NCBI GenBank assembly: GCA_963745035.1
Contig: CAVUVW010000013.1
Span: forward strand, 1,472,001 to 1,536,000
Direction of reading: 5' to 3'
Length of the DNA stretch: 64,000 nucleotides
Origin: an uncultured delta proteobacterium
GTDB taxonomy: Bacteria; Desulfobacterota; Binatia; UBA9968
Positions 60,934 to 64,000 of the stretch are shown piece after piece. Under the pieces are notes generated by a model. It was not told the origin of the DNA. It ran no database searches and was given only the letters and a program-made list of their open reading frames with translations. How positions within the stretch are numbered: the first letter of the stretch is position 1; each line of letters starts with the position of its first letter. A program made the translations under genes and the position numbers.

Positions 60934-60978
60934 TCCGGAAACGTTTTGAACGGCTTGAACGATTGGAACGGTTGGAAC
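60934..60978. repeat. Four to five tandem 9-bp units (GNNT[T/G]GAAC)
   Basis: gttttgaac ggcttgaac gattggaac ggttggaac. Confidence 0.8.
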
Positions 60979-60981
60979 AGT

Positions 60982-61680
60982 TCAGCCGATTGTCACCGCC
61001 ACCCGAAACCCATAGTCCGCATACTGCAGATGAGGAAGCAGAGAGCTGCGCGCCGCGCAGCGGCTGAATTGCACGCGATGCCGCCACGAGCCGCCGCGCG
61101 ATGCGCGTCGCTTGCCGGACGGGGCGCCGCGCGGATTACGCTCGGGCGAATACCGATAATAGTTGTAATCGTACCAGTCGCTGCACCATTCGTGCACCCC
61201 TTCGCTCAGATCGTAAAGATCGAAATCATTCGGTCCATTGGCTCCCACCGGAAGCGGGCCGCCTGTTTCCTGGTTGCATCCTCTGAGACTCTTTTCCCAC
61301 GGCGGCTCGTCGCCCCATGGATACGCCGCGCCTTCGCGACCGCCGCGCGCGGCGCGCTCCCATTCAGCCTCGGTCGGAAGTCGAAATTCCTGTTGGTAGC
61401 GCTCGCACAGCCAGCGGCAATAAGCCACCGCATCGTTCCAGCTCACCCCAACCACCGGCTGATCCGCTCCGGAAAATACCGGATCACGCCAGAACGGCGG
61501 CGCGGGATAGCTCACCGCTCCGAGGAATTTCGCATACTCGCGATTCGTCACGGGATACTTGCCGATGGCGAAGCGATCGACCCACACACGATGGAGCGGG
61601 CGCTCATTGGCCTGGCCGCTCTCGCTACCCATGAGAAACCAGCCGCCTGGAATCGTCGCGATGCCCGGCGGCGCAGTCAT
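60982..61680 (-). CDS. Formylglycine-generating enzyme (SUMF1/EgtB/PvdO) domain protein
   Basis: PGGWFLMGS, YPVTN, PVVGVSWNDAVAYC, RLPTEAEWE.AARGG, YPWG, EWCSD, RGGSW, GFR. Confidence 0.9.
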   Translation of the reverse strand: MTAPPGIATIPGGWFLMGSESGQANERPLHRVWVDRFAIGKYPVTNREYAKFLGAVSYPAPPFWRDPVFSGADQPVVGVSWNDAVAYCRWLCERYQQEFRLPTEAEWERAARGGREGAAYPWGDEPPWEKSLRGCNQETGGPLPVGANGPNDFDLYDLSEGVHEWCSDWYDYNYYRYSPERNPRGAPSGKRRASRGGSWRHRVQFSRCAARSSLLPHLQYADYGFRVAVTIG

Positions 61681-61781
61681 TTTTCACGTTGTTCAGTTAA
61701 TGGCGCGGCCAAAGCACTGTCAAGCCGACGATTGCAGTCGCCGGCAAGATTGCCGTATAAGCGACAGGAACGGAGGTAGCG

Positions 61782-62850
61782 ATGACGAAAGTTTTCTTGA
61801 TCGAAAGCGGCAAGGCGGCGGTGATTGTTCTGGTCGCCGTGCTCGCGGCGGTAAGCTTCGGCGGCGCGGCGCGAGCACAGCAAGCGCCTTTTTACAAAGA
61901 TAAGACCATTCGCATCATCGTCGGCTTCACTTCCGGCGGGCTTTACGATCAGTATGCGCGTTTGCTCGCGCGCCATATGGGGAAATACATTCCGGGCAAT
62001 CCGAATATCATTGTACAGAACATGCCCGGCGCCGGTTCACTCACTTCGACGAATTATGTTTACAGCGTCGCTAAACCTGACGGCTTGACCCTCGGCATGC
62101 CCGGCAGCGGTATCTATTTGGATCAACTCCTCGGCCGCAAGGAAGCGAGTTTCGACGTGGCGAAATTGGCGTGGCTCGGCAGCATCGACCAGCGCGATCT
62201 GGTGCTTTACATGAGAGCCGACGCGCCGTGGAAATCGCATCGAAGACGTAGTGAACGCGAAAGAGCAGCCGAAATGCGGCGCCACCGGCACTTCCGATCT
62301 CACTTCCATTCTGACCAGCATCATGGATGAAACCCTTGGGGTGAAATTTCAGGAAGTGCGCGGCTATCCGGGCGGAGTCGAGATCGATCTCGCGCTCGAA
62401 AAAGGCGAGATTCATTGCCGCGGCACCGGCATCACCACTCACTTCGCGCGCGAGCCGTATTTTACCTGGCACAAGACCGGCTTCGATCGCCACATCATCC
62501 AGACCGGCGCGAAGAAGGATCCGCGTATGCTTGACGCGCCGACGTTGATCGAGCTCATGGACAAGAGAAAAACTTCCGCGTTCAGCCGGAGCGTCGCGAA
62601 GGTCATGCTGGTATCGGCGACTCTGGGACGGCCGATGATGACTACGCCCGGCACGCCGCCCGACCGCGTCAAGATCCTGCGGGAGGCCTACCTCAAAGCG
62701 TTCAACGATCCCGAAGGCATTCAGGAAGCCAAGAAGAGCCGCCTCGATCTCCAAGCACTTGCCGGCGCCGAAGTGGAAACACAGATACGTGAGGTCATGA
62801 ACCAGCCGAAGGACGTCATCGAGCGGGTAAAAAAACTTTCGGCCGAATAG
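61782..62850 (+). CDS. Bug/TctC substrate-binding protein; frameshift near 62238
   Basis: FYKDKTIRIIVGFTSGGLYD.YAR, IPGNP.IIVQNMPGAGS, AKPDGLT, GYPGG.E..LA.E.GE, PGTPPDRV. Confidence 0.9.
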
Positions 62851-63033
62851 CTAAACCGCCCTTGGCTTCAAGCAGAGGGAATTCTGAATTTGTTGACTGG
62901 AAGTAGACTCATAATTCCGTCATTCCGGCGGAAGCCGGAATCCAGACGGGTTTGAACTTGAACTGAAACCAACTTGGATGCCGGCCTTCGCCGGCATGAC
63001 GAACTCTCATTTCGCCTAAAGGCGAGGGGCTTT
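62851..63033. repeat. Composite element: GTCATTCCGGC REP doublet (62918-63001) flanked by IS200/IS605-end-like hairpins
   Basis: cgtcattccggcggaagccggaatccag ... ttggatgccggccttcgccggcatgacg; flanks cccttggcttcaagcagaggg and tcgcctaaaggcgaggggcttt. Confidence 0.65.
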
Positions 63034-63056
63034 AGTTTTATAGCAGCTTGTTAGAA

Positions 63057-64000
63057 TTATCTGCCCGCCGCCAATTCCTTCACCGCCTGCCGAGCAAAGG
63101 AGAAGTCGCGGACCTCGTCGAGCGGCCGTTTTTTCTCGGCGAGGCGATCCATCTGAAACTCGATTTCCGCATCCGTCATCTGCCCGTCTTTCGCGAGCGC
63201 CTTGAGCTCGACATCATAGGACCGCCCGGCGATCTCGGCTGACTGCGGCACGAACTTGTTCATGATGCGGATCGTTTCGTCCCGGTTCTCCTCGATAAAC
63301 CGATTCGCCTTCAATGTGGCGCGGATCGTGCGGCGCAGCACCTGTGGGTTTTCTTTGATCAAACGATCCGCTGCAAAGAGGCCCGACGATGGCACGCCGG
63401 TTTCCGGCGGTCCGGAAATCGGCCTGAGGCCCATTTTCTGCAAGGTCAAATCGTAGGGCGGCGGCACCGAAACAGCCTGCACCGCGCCGGTGACAACCGC
63501 CTGAAACCTCAGCGAGGGATCGCCCACGGCTACGGCCTGAACCAGATTCGGATCGAGCCCTTTCATGCGCATCAACTCTCTCCCGATGATATGATCGCCG
63601 CCGTTGACCGCCGTCACGCCCAATTTCTTGCCTTTCAAATCTTGAATGTCCTTGATGATCTCCGGGCGCACCATCAAGTAGTAGACGCCTTTCTTGAGCA
63701 GGATGAAGACCGTCTTCATCGGCAGACCCTGCACCACGCCGCGAAACGTACTGACGAACGAGGTAGTGAAAGTCACGTCGCCGTTCAGCACCGCCATGGC
63801 GCCGAGGCGGGGATTGATCTGGATGAATTCGACTTCCAAGCCCTCCTCTTTGAAGAAGCCGCGCTCCTGAGCGACGTAATAGGAAGTATTCGTATTGCTC
63901 CGGCTCGAGAGCGAAATGCGGACCTTCTGCGTTTGCGCGTGGAGCAAACCGCCGATGCCAAGCAGCGTACACACCAGACAAACGCCAGCGATAATTTTCG
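63057..64000 (-). CDS. SsuA/THI5-like ABC substrate-binding protein; start at or beyond the window edge
   Basis: VAQERGFFKEEGLEVE, DLKGKKLGV, KKRPLDEVRDFSFARQA. Confidence 0.9.
   Translation of the reverse strand, partial: KIIAGVCLVCTLLGIGGLLHAQTQKVRISLSSRSNTNTSYYVAQERGFFKEEGLEVEFIQINPRLGAMAVLNGDVTFTTSFVSTFRGVVQGLPMKTVFILLKKGVYYLMVRPEIIKDIQDLKGKKLGVTAVNGGDHIIGRELMRMKGLDPNLVQAVAVGDPSLRFQAVVTGAVQAVSVPPPYDLTLQKMGLRPISGPPETGVPSSGLFAADRLIKENPQVLRRTIRATLKANRFIEENRDETIRIMNKFVPQSAEIAGRSYDVELKALAKDGQMTDAEIEFQMDRLAEKKRPLDEVRDFSFARQAVKELAAGR

Noticed and set aside
4615-62850. Programmed ribosomal frameshifting or phase variation in the split genes
   Set aside because: No consistent slippery sites or long homopolymer/SSR tracts; the indels hit unrelated genes, which fits sequencing error.
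1-64000. Phage, retron/DGR, defence system, tRNA/rRNA genes or riboswitches
   Set aside because: No integrase, reverse transcriptase, defence nuclease/ATPase or recognisable RNA motif was seen by eye; an Infernal/Rfam scan is needed to exclude small RNAs.

Overview
High-GC bacterial chromosomal window with about 62 genes, mostly for catabolism and solute scavenging. No rRNA, tRNA, CRISPR array, phage gene or intact transposase was found. Recognisable content: a protocatechuate (beta-ketoadipate) operon pcaC-H-G-B-I-J, tcuAB, argC, a TetR-RND efflux operon, a Phd/VapC toxin-antitoxin pair, two GSTs, four amidohydrolases, and Rieske, LLM, acyl-CoA-dehydrogenase-fold, VOC and cupin enzymes. There are 17 solute-binding proteins (12 SsuA/THI5-like, 2 AfuA-like, 2 Bug/TctC, 1 ModA-like) but only one ABC permease and no ABC ATPase, a pattern that suggests Candidatus Binatia-like bacteria (inference only). 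The ORF track misses two probable selenoproteins with an in-frame TGA in a UxxC motif followed by a SECIS-like hairpin: a DsbA/FrnE protein (13966-14580) and a stand-alone PrdB/GrdB-like reductase with a C-terminal CxC tail (49872-50753). Intergenic DNA holds several families of palindromic repeats: hairpins built from 8-bp or 9-bp tandem units, REP-like doublets, and REP cores nested inside transposon-end-like shells. Many genes carry 1-bp frameshifts that are most likely long-read consensus errors, so several coordinates were reconstructed by eye.
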